64,000 bases of DNA from Faecalibacillus sp. (GTDB lineage Bacteria; Bacillota_I; Bacilli_A; RFN20; CAG-826). Below are positions 7,983-18,446 of the stretch, piece by piece. The position numbers and the translations under genes were made by a program. The DNA lies in contig CAVAGP010000005.1 of assembly GCA_963588175.1 (NCBI GenBank), forward strand, positions 6,612 through 70,611, read 5' to 3'. The notes below the pieces were generated by a model. It was not told the origin of the DNA and did no database searches. It saw only the letters and a program-made list of their open reading frames with translations. The number at the start of each line of letters is the position of its first letter. The first letter of the stretch is position 1.

Positions 7983-9362
7983 ATGGCAAGCAAGTATTCA
8001 TTCGACAAGATTACTTCGCATCTTATTCAGACGGGATACGTTTATCCTGGCTCAGAAATCTATGGCGGATTGTCCAACACCTGGGACTTTGGTCCTTTGG
8101 GTTCGGAACTCAAGAAAAACATCAAGAACGCATGGTGGAAGAGATTCGTTCAGGAATCCCCGACCAACGTCGGTATAGACGCCGCGATTCTCATGAATCC
8201 AAGGGTTTGGGAAGCAACGGGCCACGTCTCAACCTTCAACGACCCTATGTGCGACTGCAAGGCTTGCAAAGCAAGACACCGCGCAGATAACCTCATCAAA
8301 GGCCAGTATCCGGATGTCGATACCGATGGCATGACATTTGAGCAGATGGATGAATTCATCCAATCCCACGACATGGTCTGCCCAGTCTGCGGCAAGAAGG
8401 AATTCACTCCTATCCGCAAATTCAACATGATGTTCAAGACCCATATCGGCGTTACCGATGACTCATCATCCCTTGTCTATCTTAGACCAGAGACCGCGCA
8501 GGGTGTTTTCACGAACTTCAAGAACGTTCAGCGCTCAACCCGCAAGAAGCTCCCATTCGGCATCTGCAACATGGGCAAATCCTTCAGAAATGAGATCACC
8601 CCAGGGAACTTCATATTCCGCGTTCGTGAATTCGAGCAGATGGAGATGGAATTCTTCTGCAAGCCAGGCACTGATTTAGAGTGGTTCGCTTACTGGAAAG
8701 ATTTCTGCTTAAAGTTCGTTGAATCTCTTGGCCCTAAAGCCGAGAACCTCAGATTCAGAGACCATGAGCCGGCAGAGCTTGCCTTCTATTCCAAGGCAAC
8801 AACCGATGTTGAATACGATTTCCCTAACCTAGGTTGGGGCGAAATCCTCGGCGTGGCGGATAGAACCGACTATGACTTAGGACGCCACCAGGAATACTCA
8901 AAGCAGGATTTGACTTATTTCGATCCTGAGACCAACGAGAGATATATCCCATATGTCATCGAACCATCAATGGGCGTTGAAAGACTTATGCTCATGACGA
9001 TGGTCGACGCTTATGATGAGCAGGAATTGGAGGGCGGAGATTCACGCACAGTCATGCATCTATTGCCATCTCTAGCCCCATATAAAGCCGCCGTATTGCC
9101 GCTTTCCAAAAAATTAAGCGACAAGGCGGATGAAGTCGTATCGCTCTTGAACAAGAAATTCTCCATCACCAGCGATGTTACGGGCTCTATCGGCAAGAGA
9201 TACAGAAGACAGGATGAAATCGGCACCCCATATTGCATCACCGTTGATTTTGAGACTCCAGAGGACAACACCGTCACCATCAGAGATAGAGACACCATGG
9301 AGCAGATTCGTCTTCCAATCAGCGAACTAGTCGCTTGGCTAGATGAGAAGTGCGCTTATTAA
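7983..9362 (+). CDS. glyQS: glycine--tRNA ligase, single-chain dimeric type
   Basis: 459 aa. Class II aaRS motifs ([16 protein letters not shown]-like [15 protein letters not shown]) and an anticodon-binding C-terminus. Confidence 0.95.
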   Translation: MASKYSFDKITSHLIQTGYVYPGSEIYGGLSNTWDFGPLGSELKKNIKNAWWKRFVQESPTNVGIDAAILMNPRVWEATGHVSTFNDPMCDCKACKARHRADNLIKGQYPDVDTDGMTFEQMDEFIQSHDMVCPVCGKKEFTPIRKFNMMFKTHIGVTDDSSSLVYLRPETAQGVFTNFKNVQRSTRKKLPFGICNMGKSFRNEITPGNFIFRVREFEQMEMEFFCKPGTDLEWFAYWKDFCLKFVESLGPKAENLRFRDHEPAELAFYSKATTDVEYDFPNLGWGEILGVADRTDYDLGRHQEYSKQDLTYFDPETNERYIPYVIEPSMGVERLMLMTMVDAYDEQELEGGDSRTVMHLLPSLAPYKAAVLPLSKKLSDKADEVVSLLNKKFSITSDVTGSIGKRYRRQDEIGTPYCITVDFETPEDNTVTIRDRDTMEQIRLPISELVAWLDEKCAY

Positions 9363-9401
9363 TCGGCAACCTATTATTTAAATGAGAAAGGAGGGGTATT
9401 C

Positions 9402-11231
9402 ATGGATAAGGATTTAGTGGACAAGATACTTCACGAAGCTGACATCGTGACTACCATCTCCGCTTATATACCCGTCATCAATAAAGGCAGGGGCTATGTC
9501 GCCCTCTGCCCATTCCATGATGACAAGCATCCTTCGATGTCGATCTCGAAGGATAAGCAAATATTCAAATGCTTTGTCTGCAACACCTCAGGCAATTCAA
9601 TAACATTCGTTCAGCAATACGAGAAGATAAGCTTCGATGAAGCGGCTAGGAAAGTCGCTGAGATGATTGGCTTAACAGACGAAAGACTCAACAAAAAGAG
9701 CAGGGCCGAAACAATCGACCCATCGCTTAAGCCATATTATGCCTGCATCAATGATTTGGAGCAATATTACCAATATGGCTTAACCATTGCCGAAGGCAAA
9801 GAGGCCATGGATTACCTCGCCTCCAGAAACATCGACGCCAACCAAATCGCCAAATACGGCATCGGATATTCCCCGCTTGATGGCAAGAAAACCATTCAGT
9901 ACCTAAGAGCCAAAGGCCATTCCCTGCACACGATTGAGGGAATCGGAATCACCTTGGTGAGAAGTGCCGAGAATGTCTCTGACTCCAACGCCGGGCGCGT
10001 CATGTTCCCTCTAAGGAACGCTGATGGGCAAGTGGTGGGGTTCTCCGCCAGACGAATAAAAAAAGACGACACCGCCAAATACATAAATTCACCGGAGACG
10101 CCAATCTTCCATAAAGGAAGCCTTCTTTATAACTATTCCGAGGCCAAAAGAAGCGCTAGAAAAGATGGATACGTCTATCTTCTAGAAGGCTTCATGGATG
10201 TAATGGCGCTAGAGAAAGCTGGCATCACATCCGCTGTTGCGTTGATGGGAACGTCTCTCACCTCTGAGCACATCAAGATGCTAAGACGTCTTGGATGCGA
10301 GGTTAGAGTCTGCCTAGATGGAGATGCACCAGGCCAGGAAGGCATGATGAAAATCACGACCCTTCTCAATAAGGCCGACATCCCGTTCAGATTAGTCTCC
10401 TATGGAGATGACTTAAGAGATCCTGACGATATCCTCCAGGAAAGCGGCAAGGAAGCATTGCTCGCAAGGATGGACAATCTAGTTGATTCCTTCGATTTCC
10501 AACTGAATTATTACACGAACACCAAGCCTTTGAAGACCGCGGAGGACAAGAAGAAGGTTCTCTATTATTTCCTCGAATTCCTCAAGGATATGGAGCCGGG
10601 GCTAATAAGAGACAACTATATCGCTAAGTTGTCCAAGGCCACCGGATTCGAGATGTCTCTTATTAGAGACAAGGCCAATGTGAGAAGAAGAAGCGTTCAG
10701 GAAGAGGAGGAGGCCACAATCTCGGTTGAGCAGACTGAGTTTGAGATTCTCCACCCTGAGCAAATTGTCAAGAAACGCCTTCTTAAGGCGGAAAGGGAGA
10801 TGCTCTATTACATGCTTAGCAGCGTAGAAGCCGTCAAGTATTTCGAGAAGAACATCGACTCATTCTATTATCCGGTCTACAACTCCATCGCCAATTTCAT
10901 CGTGGAATATGTCGATGAGAATCAAAAGAGCGTGAACGTATCGTCTCTAATCGGTGAAATCTCCAATAAGGGCGGAGATGACATCGATGAGCTGATATCC
11001 AAAGTCTCCGAGGTTTCAGGAGACAACATCCACCCACCTTTGGTGGAGGGGGACACGAAACTCTTCGATGACTGCGCGATTGCAATCAAAGAGGAGAAAG
11101 AGAAGATCCATGACAAAAAGAAGACTGAAGAAGCCCTCTCCGGCAAGGATCTTGAAGAACAGAAAGCCTTGCTTGCCTCGTATGCTCTGAGGCAAAAGGC
11201 GAGAAACGCAAAGAAGAGCAAAAAGAAATAA
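9402..11231 (+). CDS. dnaG: DNA primase
   Basis: 609 aa. CPFHDDKHPS zinc finger, TOPRIM EGFMDV..DGDAPG. Confidence 0.95.
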   Translation: MDKDLVDKILHEADIVTTISAYIPVINKGRGYVALCPFHDDKHPSMSISKDKQIFKCFVCNTSGNSITFVQQYEKISFDEAARKVAEMIGLTDERLNKKSRAETIDPSLKPYYACINDLEQYYQYGLTIAEGKEAMDYLASRNIDANQIAKYGIGYSPLDGKKTIQYLRAKGHSLHTIEGIGITLVRSAENVSDSNAGRVMFPLRNADGQVVGFSARRIKKDDTAKYINSPETPIFHKGSLLYNYSEAKRSARKDGYVYLLEGFMDVMALEKAGITSAVALMGTSLTSEHIKMLRRLGCEVRVCLDGDAPGQEGMMKITTLLNKADIPFRLVSYGDDLRDPDDILQESGKEALLARMDNLVDSFDFQLNYYTNTKPLKTAEDKKKVLYYFLEFLKDMEPGLIRDNYIAKLSKATGFEMSLIRDKANVRRRSVQEEEEATISVEQTEFEILHPEQIVKKRLLKAEREMLYYMLSSVEAVKYFEKNIDSFYYPVYNSIANFIVEYVDENQKSVNVSSLIGEISNKGGDDIDELISKVSEVSGDNIHPPLVEGDTKLFDDCAIAIKEEKEKIHDKKKTEEALSGKDLEEQKALLASYALRQKARNAKKSKKK

Positions 11232-11267
11232 CTTAAAAAATTATTGAGATAAAGGGAGGTCCAAACA

Positions 11268-12641
11268 ATGGGAAGAAAATCAAAGAGCGCAGCAGTTGCC
11301 GATGAGGAACTTGAGGAAAAGAAATCCAAAAAGGCCGCTAAGGAAGTGAAGAAAGTAACAAAAGCCCAAAAAGACGAAGAGGATGAGGACGAGGAACTCG
11401 GAGAAATCGCGATTGAGGATAGCGATGAGGATATCGCTAACGCCTACGAAGACATAAAGAAAGACCTTTTGGCTAAGGCCAAGAAAAACGGAAACCACAT
11501 GGATATGGATGACGTATTCGAGGCTTTCCAGAAGTTCGATTTATCTGACGACGTCATGGACGAAATCATGAATTACTTCAAGGAGAACGGAATCCAGGTC
11601 GTCGGAGAAGAAGAGGATAACTTAGACGTTGATCCTGAGGGCCCAAGCGAAGAGGAGATGATGAAAGGCGGAGAAGACGAAGATGACTTCGATGACGCCG
11701 ACGTCGATTCTGAAGAGGCGGCAGAGGTCGCGGATATCGAAGACTTCTCCAAAATCCAATCAGGAGACGTCAAGGTCAATGACTCCGTCAAGATGTACCT
11801 CAAGGACATCGGAGCCTTCCATTTGCTTTCCGCAAAAGAAGAGACCGAGCTCGCAAAACGCATCGCAGAAGGCGACCAGGACGCCAAAGATGAACTCATC
11901 AACGCGAACCTGCGTCTAGTCATCTCGATCGCGAAGCACTATGTCGGAAGAGGCATGCATTTCCTCGATTTGATCGAAGAGGGCAACATGGGCCTCATCA
12001 AAGCCGTCGAGAAATTCGATTACACCAAAGGATTCAAGTTCTCAACCTACGCCACATGGTGGATTCGCCAGGCCATCACAAGAGCAATCGCGGACCAGGC
12101 TAGAACAATCCGTATCCCGGTCCACATGGTCGAGACCATCAACAAGATGACCCGTGTCCAGCGTCAGTTGGTCCAGGAATACGGCAGAGACCCGACACCA
12201 GAGGAAATATCCGAGGCGATGAATGGCGAATTGAGCGCGGATAGAATCCGTGAAATCCAAAGAATCGCTCTCGAACCAGTCTCACTAGAGACACCAATCG
12301 GCGAGGAAGATGATTCTCACTTAGGCGATTTCGTTGAAGATAAGGACACTCAGTCTCCTCTAGAATACACGACCAAATCCCTTCTTAAAGATGAATTATA
12401 TGACATCATGAAGGATTTGACCGACCGTGAAGAGAGAGTCTTGAGACTCCGTTACGGACTAGACGACAACAGACCACGCACGCTTGAGGAAGTCGGAAAA
12501 GAATTCGGCGTCACTCGCGAGCGTATCCGTCAGATCGAGGCTAAGGCCATCCGCAAACTCCGCCATCCAACTCGTGCAAAGAGACTTGGCGATTATAGGG
12601 ATGCCATCAACACTTCGGGTCCAGATACCCACAACAAATAA
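11268..12641 (+). CDS. rpoD: primary sigma factor (sigma-70/SigA) with a long acidic N-terminal region
   Basis: 457 aa. Regions 2-4 conserved ([52 protein letters not shown]). Follows dnaG. Confidence 0.95.
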   Translation: MGRKSKSAAVADEELEEKKSKKAAKEVKKVTKAQKDEEDEDEELGEIAIEDSDEDIANAYEDIKKDLLAKAKKNGNHMDMDDVFEAFQKFDLSDDVMDEIMNYFKENGIQVVGEEEDNLDVDPEGPSEEEMMKGGEDEDDFDDADVDSEEAAEVADIEDFSKIQSGDVKVNDSVKMYLKDIGAFHLLSAKEETELAKRIAEGDQDAKDELINANLRLVISIAKHYVGRGMHFLDLIEEGNMGLIKAVEKFDYTKGFKFSTYATWWIRQAITRAIADQARTIRIPVHMVETINKMTRVQRQLVQEYGRDPTPEEISEAMNGELSADRIREIQRIALEPVSLETPIGEEDDSHLGDFVEDKDTQSPLEYTTKSLLKDELYDIMKDLTDREERVLRLRYGLDDNRPRTLEEVGKEFGVTRERIRQIEAKAIRKLRHPTRAKRLGDYRDAINTSGPDTHNK

Positions 12642-12665
12642 GCAATAACAAAGGAGGCAAAGTGA

Positions 12666-13340
12666 ATGAAGATTTCGTATCGACTAGAAACTGTTGCCTC
12701 TTTTGTTGCTAGAGGCTCCTTCATCGCCGACATCGGCTCTGACCACGCAACGCTGCCAATCTATCTATACGAGAACGGCGTGATTGAGCATGCGATGACG
12801 GTCGAGAATAAGATAGGCCCGTATTCCAGAATGGTTAAGGCCTTAGAAGAAGCCGGATATCTAGAGCAATCATATCCATCCTTGTCCAGTGGCATCGAGA
12901 AGCTCCTCCCGGAAGTGGACACGCTTGTTATTGCGGGCATGGGGGCAAGGCTCATCCTCTCGATTCTAGAGAACCACAAGGAGAAACTATCCAACGTCAA
13001 GACCATCATCTTGGATGCCCATAATGAAAGAGAACTCTTATTTGAACCTCTTAGAGGGCTTGGTTACTCTCTGGCCTCCAATTCCTTTATCGAGGAGGAA
13101 AATGTCTCCTATGACGTCATGAAGTGGGTAAAAGAGGCAAAAGAGGTTCCATATACCCCTGAAGAATCGTTATTTGGACCTCTAAACCTAAAGAACAAAC
13201 ATGAGGCCTGGGTTAGATTCTGGAAGAAGGAAGAGGGCAGGCTTTCTAAGATATTGGAGTCAAGTAATCTCCCGGAAAATAAACGGAAAGAATACTCCAA
13301 AACAGTGGAGATGATAAAGGAGGCTTTGAATGAAAACTAA
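12666..13340 (+). CDS. trmK: tRNA (adenine22-N1)-methyltransferase TrmK
   Basis: 224 aa. ADIGSDHATLPIYL and IAGMGA motifs. Position after sigA as Bacillus yqfN. Confidence 0.85.
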   Translation: MKISYRLETVASFVARGSFIADIGSDHATLPIYLYENGVIEHAMTVENKIGPYSRMVKALEEAGYLEQSYPSLSSGIEKLLPEVDTLVIAGMGARLILSILENHKEKLSNVKTIILDAHNERELLFEPLRGLGYSLASNSFIEEENVSYDVMKWVKEAKEVPYTPEESLFGPLNLKNKHEAWVRFWKKEEGRLSKILESSNLPENKRKEYSKTVEMIKEALNEN

Positions 13341-14094
13341 AGCGTTATTGAGGAAACTCTCAAAACAATTCCCCAAAAGACTCGCGGAATGGTATGACCA
13401 TCCGGGCCTTCAAGTGGGACGCCTCCCTGAAGAGGTGAGCAAGATTCTCGTATGTCTGGATTTTGATGATGAGGTTTACGATATCGTGCTTAAGGAAAGC
13501 CCAGACCTAATCATCACTCATCACCCTTTCATTTTCGGGAAGCTCAAAAAGGTTCTTGAAAGCGATCCGGTCAAAAAAGCCTTGTATGAGAAGATGGTGG
13601 AAATCGATACCCCAATCATTTCCTATCACACGAACTTCGATATGGGGGATGGAGGCATGAATTTCGCTTTGACTGCGGCCTTGGGGCTAACGGATATCAA
13701 GAGACTTGAAACCGCCCCAATGGCATTAGGAGGCAAACTCCCTCATGAGATGGAAGTCCATGAATTCGCCAAATACGCCAAAGAGAAATTAGGGGTCTCT
13801 TATGGCCTGTTGATCAATGAGGGCAAGAAGAATATCTCTAGCGTTGCCATCATCGGTGGCGGTGGCTGGCATGAATACATAAACGCCATGCAGGAAGGCT
13901 ACGACATCTATGTCTCAGGCGACTGCCCACATCATGGAAGACGGGAAATTGTCCTAAATCACTACAATTATCTTGATTTGCCACATGAAATCGAAAGAAT
14001 CTTCATTCCGACAATGACTAATATACTACTAAATTTCGACCAAACACTTAATGTTGTCCAAGTCGACCACGAACGTTTACCGGAGGTTATCTAA
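13330..14094 (+). CDS. yqfO: Nif3-family dinuclear metal-centre protein
   Basis: 254 aa. LIITHHPFIF and ISYHTNFD motifs. Follows trmK. Confidence 0.85.
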   Translation: MKTKALLRKLSKQFPKRLAEWYDHPGLQVGRLPEEVSKILVCLDFDDEVYDIVLKESPDLIITHHPFIFGKLKKVLESDPVKKALYEKMVEIDTPIISYHTNFDMGDGGMNFALTAALGLTDIKRLETAPMALGGKLPHEMEVHEFAKYAKEKLGVSYGLLINEGKKNISSVAIIGGGGWHEYINAMQEGYDIYVSGDCPHHGRREIVLNHYNYLDLPHEIERIFIPTMTNILLNFDQTLNVVQVDHERLPEVI

Positions 14095-14096
14095 TT

Positions 14097-15470
14097 ATGA
14101 GTTTCAATGGTTTCTCACTCTCCCCAACTATGGTCAATGCCTTGACTAAGCTTGGCTATATTAACCCCTCACCGGTCCAAAAGGTCGTAATACCTAAGGC
14201 TTTGAGGGGAACATCGCTTCTCGCCCAATCTGAAACTGGTTCAGGCAAGACCCATTCGTATCTAATCCCCATCATTGAGAAAATCGATATGAATCTAAAT
14301 AGGCCTCAGGCCATCGTCATCACCCCAACCCGCGAGCTCTCAAGACAAGTCTATGAATTTGCTCGCGAGTTCCAACGCTTCTTCCCGAAACTCAAAGTGA
14401 GGCTCTTCACATCCGAGGCTGATGTCACTCAGAACGAGGAGGGCTCTAATGTCGCCCCTCAGCTGATCATCGGCACTCCAGGTCGCGTTAAGCAACTGCT
14501 TGTTGATAAAGAACTGTTTATCCTCTCTAACGTCAAGACGGTCGTCCTCGATGAGGCGGATATGCTTCTTGATTTGGGGTACTTTGAGGATATCGAGGCG
14601 CTGTTCGCTTCCCTGAAGGAACCTCAGACGATGGTCTTCTCCGCCACCCTTAAGCAAAATCTCAAAGATGAGCTCTTGAAGTTCGTCCGCTCCGATTTCG
14701 AATTCGAAAGCGATAAGGTCCAGACCTCTTCAAACGTCAGACACCACTTGGTCAATATCAAGCACGTAGGAGAAGCCTCAGCCTTGATCCAATTCCTGAA
14801 ATTGAGGAATCCATATCTTTGCATCGTCTTCTGTTCGACCAAGGATAAGGTCAATGAGATTCACCAGGCGTTGCTCGATAACAACATCGATTCCATCTAT
14901 TTCTCCGGCTCACTCGATGAGAGAAGCCGCAGAAGGGCGTTAAGAGAAATCAAAGCCAACACCCATTCCATCATCGTTGCCTCCGATTTATTGGCTAGAG
15001 GCATGGATATCCCTGATGTCACCGACGTCATATCAGTAGATTTGCCAAATGATTTGGAGTTCTATCACCATAGGGCCGGAAGAACCGGAAGATTCGGCAA
15101 GAGCGGAGACTCCTGGGTATTTTATAATAGCGACACCGAGACCAAGCCTAGAGAACTCTATGACAGCGGGGTCAAATTCACCTTCCATTCCCTGAAGGCC
15201 GGGCAGTTGGTCGATGACCCAATCGGACTGGCCCCAAAGACCAAACTCAGAAAGAAAGCGGAATTCTCCGAAGATGAGCTAAAAGAGATAAAGATCGCCA
15301 AAGCAAAGACCAAAAAAGACCACGTTGAGCCTATGCACAAGAAAAAGACTCAGTTCGCGATTGAGAAGGTCAAGAGAAAATACAAGAGGAAAGCCATTCA
15401 GCGTTCGGTCAGGAAACAGCTTGAGAATGAGGCCAAAGCCAAACGCAAGGCCCATAACGGGGAGGATTGA
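14097..15470 (+). CDS. cshB: DEAD-box RNA helicase with a Lys-rich tail
   Basis: 457 aa. Q-motif, SETGSGKT, DEAD, SAT, HRAGRTGR. The symbol is inferred only from the yqfO-yqfR-nfo synteny. Confidence 0.8.
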   Translation: MSFNGFSLSPTMVNALTKLGYINPSPVQKVVIPKALRGTSLLAQSETGSGKTHSYLIPIIEKIDMNLNRPQAIVITPTRELSRQVYEFAREFQRFFPKLKVRLFTSEADVTQNEEGSNVAPQLIIGTPGRVKQLLVDKELFILSNVKTVVLDEADMLLDLGYFEDIEALFASLKEPQTMVFSATLKQNLKDELLKFVRSDFEFESDKVQTSSNVRHHLVNIKHVGEASALIQFLKLRNPYLCIVFCSTKDKVNEIHQALLDNNIDSIYFSGSLDERSRRRALREIKANTHSIIVASDLLARGMDIPDVTDVISVDLPNDLEFYHHRAGRTGRFGKSGDSWVFYNSDTETKPRELYDSGVKFTFHSLKAGQLVDDPIGLAPKTKLRKKAEFSEDELKEIKIAKAKTKKDHVEPMHKKKTQFAIEKVKRKYKRKAIQRSVRKQLENEAKAKRKAHNGED

Positions 15471-15472
15471 TT

Positions 15473-16372
15473 ATGTCAGGATTGTATTTAGGCTCCCATA
15501 TGCCATTAAGCGCCCCGGATTATTATCTAGGGACGGTTAGGCTTGCTCTAGAGTGGGGCGAGAACACGTTCATGTTCTATACCGGGGCTCCGCAGAATAC
15601 GAGACGTGCCCCAACCAGCACCCTCCATATCGAGGAAGGCAGGGCTTTGCTTAAGGAGAATGGCATCGATGAATCAAAAATCGTCGTTCACGCCCCTTAT
15701 ATCATCAACTTGGGAAACAAGAATAACATCGATACATATGAGCTTGCCAAATCGTTCCTCAGCCAAGAACTCAAAAGGGTTCAGGACTTTGGATGTTCGC
15801 TTCTCGTTTTGCATCCGGGCAGCAGCGTTGGCATGCCGGCTGAGTTCGGCATTCAATCAATTATCGAAGGCTTGAATGAGGTGCTTGATAAAGATGCCAC
15901 AAACGTCACCATCTGCCTAGAGACGATGGCGGGCAAAGGCTCGGAAATCGGCAGAACATTTGAGCAACTGGCCGCAATCATGAACGGGGTTAGTCATAAA
16001 GAAAGGCTCGGTGTTTGCCTAGACACATGCCACATAAATGATTATGGCTACGATGTCAAAGATGTTGATGGGGTTCTTGATGAATTCGATAGAGTCATAG
16101 GACTCGATAGACTTAAAATCATCCACGTGAACGATTCCAAAAATCCGCAAGGCAGCCATAAAGATAGGCATGATAACCTCGGATACGGCACAATTGGATT
16201 TGATGCATTGAACGCCTGGGTCCACAATCCTAGACTTGATGGAATGCCAAAAGTGTTGGAGACGCCATATGTAGATGTCGGCGCCAAAGACAAGGTTCCT
16301 CCGTATAAGAAGGAAATCGAAATGCTGAGGGCTGGCGAACTCGAAGAAGGCTGGAGAGAAAACCTCAAATGA
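15473..16372 (+). CDS. nfo: endonuclease IV
   Basis: The ORF-track start at 15467 is TTG. ATG 15473 sits 7 nt after GGAGG. Nfo TIM-barrel motifs present (HAPYIINL, HPGS, CLDTCH, HVNDS). Confidence 0.9.
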   Translation: MSGLYLGSHMPLSAPDYYLGTVRLALEWGENTFMFYTGAPQNTRRAPTSTLHIEEGRALLKENGIDESKIVVHAPYIINLGNKNNIDTYELAKSFLSQELKRVQDFGCSLLVLHPGSSVGMPAEFGIQSIIEGLNEVLDKDATNVTICLETMAGKGSEIGRTFEQLAAIMNGVSHKERLGVCLDTCHINDYGYDVKDVDGVLDEFDRVIGLDRLKIIHVNDSKNPQGSHKDRHDNLGYGTIGFDALNAWVHNPRLDGMPKVLETPYVDVGAKDKVPPYKKEIEMLRAGELEEGWRENLK

Positions 16373-16412
16373 CAAAAAAACGGATAGGCCGATATGCTTA
16401 TCCGTTTTCCTT
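16373..16412. terminator. bidirectional terminator between convergent nfo and ispG
   Basis: A-run, aacggata...tatccgtt stem, T-run. Confidence 0.65.
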
Positions 16413-16413
16413 T

Positions 16414-17466
16414 TTAGAGCTTGTTTATTTCCTCGATCAGCGCATCGTAGATTTCATCATCTTTCACGTTTCTCAGGATTTCGCCTTTCTTGAAGATGAC
16501 CCAGACGCCTTTGCCTCCCGCTGCGCCTAAGTCCGCATGTCTAGCCTCGCCTGGCCCATTGACGATGCAGCCCATGATGGCGATTGTCTTATTGACGCGA
16601 TGCTCTTCGACGTATTGCTGAATTCTCTTCGCTAAAGGCAAGAGATTGACTTGAGTTCTTCCGCATGTTGGGCAGGAAATGAAGGTCGGGTAATCTTTTT
16701 TGAGACCCAAATCGTGGAGTAATCTTGATGCCGCTTTGATTTCCTCTTCCGGCTCCTCGGTCATGGAGATACGGATTGTGTCTCCGATTCCCGCCAAGAG
16801 AATAGGGGATAAGCCGGCGGAGGATCTGATAAGCGAGATATCCTTTGGACCTGCCTCGGTAATTCCGACGTGCAGTGGATATGGGAATGTCTCTGCTGCT
16901 AGCTTGTAGGCTTCAATCGTTTCTAAGGCATCGGAACCCTTCAAGGAGATAACGATGCTATAGAAACCCAAATCCTCGAGAATCTTCACGTGCTTAGCTG
17001 CGCTTTCAACTAGCCACTGGGCTTTGATTTTCTCTTTTCCAAAGTATATTGACTTATCTAGCGATCCCGAATTGACTCCGATGCGGATTGGGACATTGTG
17101 GGCCTTGCAGGCCTCAACGACCGCCTTGACGTTCTCATTTGAGCCGATGTTTCCCGGATTGATGCGAACCGCGTCAACCCCGGATTCGATAGAGGCTAAG
17201 GCGAGTTTGTAGTCGATATGAATATCGGCGATCAATGGAATTGAGATTCTTTTCTTGATCTCCCTTATTGCGTAAGCGTCTTCCATATCAAGGACGGACA
17301 CCCTCATCAAATCCGCGCCTAAGGCGTGGCATCTATTGATTTGGGCGGATACTTCCTCGTATTTGGAGGTTTTGATTGAGCACATGCTCTGAATGAGGAC
17401 CTTATCCGATCCGCCTATTGATATGTTGCCTACAGCAACTTTTTTTGTCATTTTTCTTGTGTTCAT
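16414..17466 (-). CDS. ispG: HMBPP synthase (MEP pathway) IspG/GcpE
   Basis: 350 aa. TIM-barrel N-domain and C-terminal [4Fe-4S] Cys ligands (SCPTCGR..GCIVNGPGE). Confidence 0.95.
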   Translation of the reverse strand: MNTRKMTKKVAVGNISIGGSDKVLIQSMCSIKTSKYEEVSAQINRCHALGADLMRVSVLDMEDAYAIREIKKRISIPLIADIHIDYKLALASIESGVDAVRINPGNIGSNENVKAVVEACKAHNVPIRIGVNSGSLDKSIYFGKEKIKAQWLVESAAKHVKILEDLGFYSIVISLKGSDALETIEAYKLAAETFPYPLHVGITEAGPKDISLIRSSAGLSPILLAGIGDTIRISMTEEPEEEIKAASRLLHDLGLKKDYPTFISCPTCGRTQVNLLPLAKRIQQYVEEHRVNKTIAIMGCIVNGPGEARHADLGAAGGKGVWVIFKKGEILRNVKDDEIYDALIEEINKL

Positions 17467-17560
17467 GAGCCTATTTTACTAAAAATCAAAGATTATTTGT
17501 AGATAATTAAAAACGGCTGTGGTAACATTGAGCACGCAAAAGAAAGAGAGTGATTTAACC

Positions 17561-17722
17561 ATGGCTAAAGGAAAGCGCGAAAATACATCATTAAAGTGTT
17601 CTGAATGCGGAGAGAGAAACTACATCTCTTCACGTAACAAGAAAACTCATCCTAATAAGTTAGAGATCATGAAATATTGCTCAAGATGCAATAAGATGAC
17701 CCTCCACAAGGAAGCAAAATAA
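17561..17722 (+). CDS. rpmG: 50S ribosomal protein L33 (Cys zinc-ribbon form)
   Basis: True start is ATG 17561: MAKGKRENTSLKCSECGERNYISSRNKKTHPNKLEIMKYCSRCNKMTLHKEAK. The ORF-track start at 17519 is an upstream alternative codon. Confidence 0.9.
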   Translation: MAKGKRENTSLKCSECGERNYISSRNKKTHPNKLEIMKYCSRCNKMTLHKEAK

Positions 17723-17743
17723 GGCTCTGGCCTTATTTTTTTA
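17717..17743 (+). terminator. intrinsic terminator after rpmG
   Basis: aaataaggc-tctg-gccttattt stem followed by a T-run. Confidence 0.6.
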
Positions 17744-17752
17744 TTCTAGCGA

Positions 17753-18385
17753 ATGAAAGTTACCAAACTTTATCCAGGTTCCTATTATTGCAATTGCTAT
17801 GTGGTCGGCGAGGAGGGGGAGCCATGCTTCATCATCGACCCGGGCTGCAATAGCAAAGGCTATTTGGATAACTATATCGATAAACATCACGCAGGGAAGG
17901 TCCTTGGCATTTTCCTTACCCATGGGCATTTCGACCATATCGGCGGATTGGCAACGCTTCAGCATAAAGCTACTCTATTTATTCATTCCGATGACTTAGA
18001 GGCCTTAAGCGACCCGGATTTAAATTGCTCAACTACCTTCTTTGATGAAGGAATGTCCATAAATACGGACGATTGGGATATCTATCAGTTAGATGATGAA
18101 GACGAAATCAACGTCGGCGGGGTCATAGTCAAGGTCATCCACACTCCATTCCACACAAAAGGGTCAATCTGCTTATATATAGAGGATGAGAAAACCCTTT
18201 TCAGCGGTGACACCTTGTTTAGGCTTGGAGTCGGCAGAAGCGATCTTAAAGGCGGCTGCCCACGTTATATGGGGCAATCCCTGAATAAACTCAGGAGACT
18301 TCCTCCGGAGACGAAAGTCTATCCAGGGCATGACAAGGATACGACCATCGAGAATGAACTAAAGTTCAACTCATATTTCAAATAA
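17753..18385 (+). CDS. MBL-fold metallo-hydrolase (glyoxalase II-like)
   Basis: 210 aa. THGHFDHIGG motif and downstream His/Asp ligands. Confidence 0.8.
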   Translation: MKVTKLYPGSYYCNCYVVGEEGEPCFIIDPGCNSKGYLDNYIDKHHAGKVLGIFLTHGHFDHIGGLATLQHKATLFIHSDDLEALSDPDLNCSTTFFDEGMSINTDDWDIYQLDDEDEINVGGVIVKVIHTPFHTKGSICLYIEDEKTLFSGDTLFRLGVGRSDLKGGCPRYMGQSLNKLRRLPPETKVYPGHDKDTTIENELKFNSYFK

Positions 18386-18399
18386 AGATAAAAGATATT

Positions 18400-18430
18400 G
18401 AATACCCGCTGAATTTGGGTATTCTTTTCT
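18400..18430 (+). terminator. intrinsic terminator after the MBL hydrolase
   Basis: gaataccc-(9 nt)-gggtattc followed by TTTT. Confidence 0.65.
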
Positions 18431-18446
18431 TCCAAGGAGGGTTCCT

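Noticed and set aside
7874-8290. 138-aa and 76-aa plus-strand ORFs overlapping the start of glyQS
   Set aside because: The first begins at the TTG of the TTGACA -35 box. Both run out of frame through the well-conserved glyQS N-terminus and have no SD.
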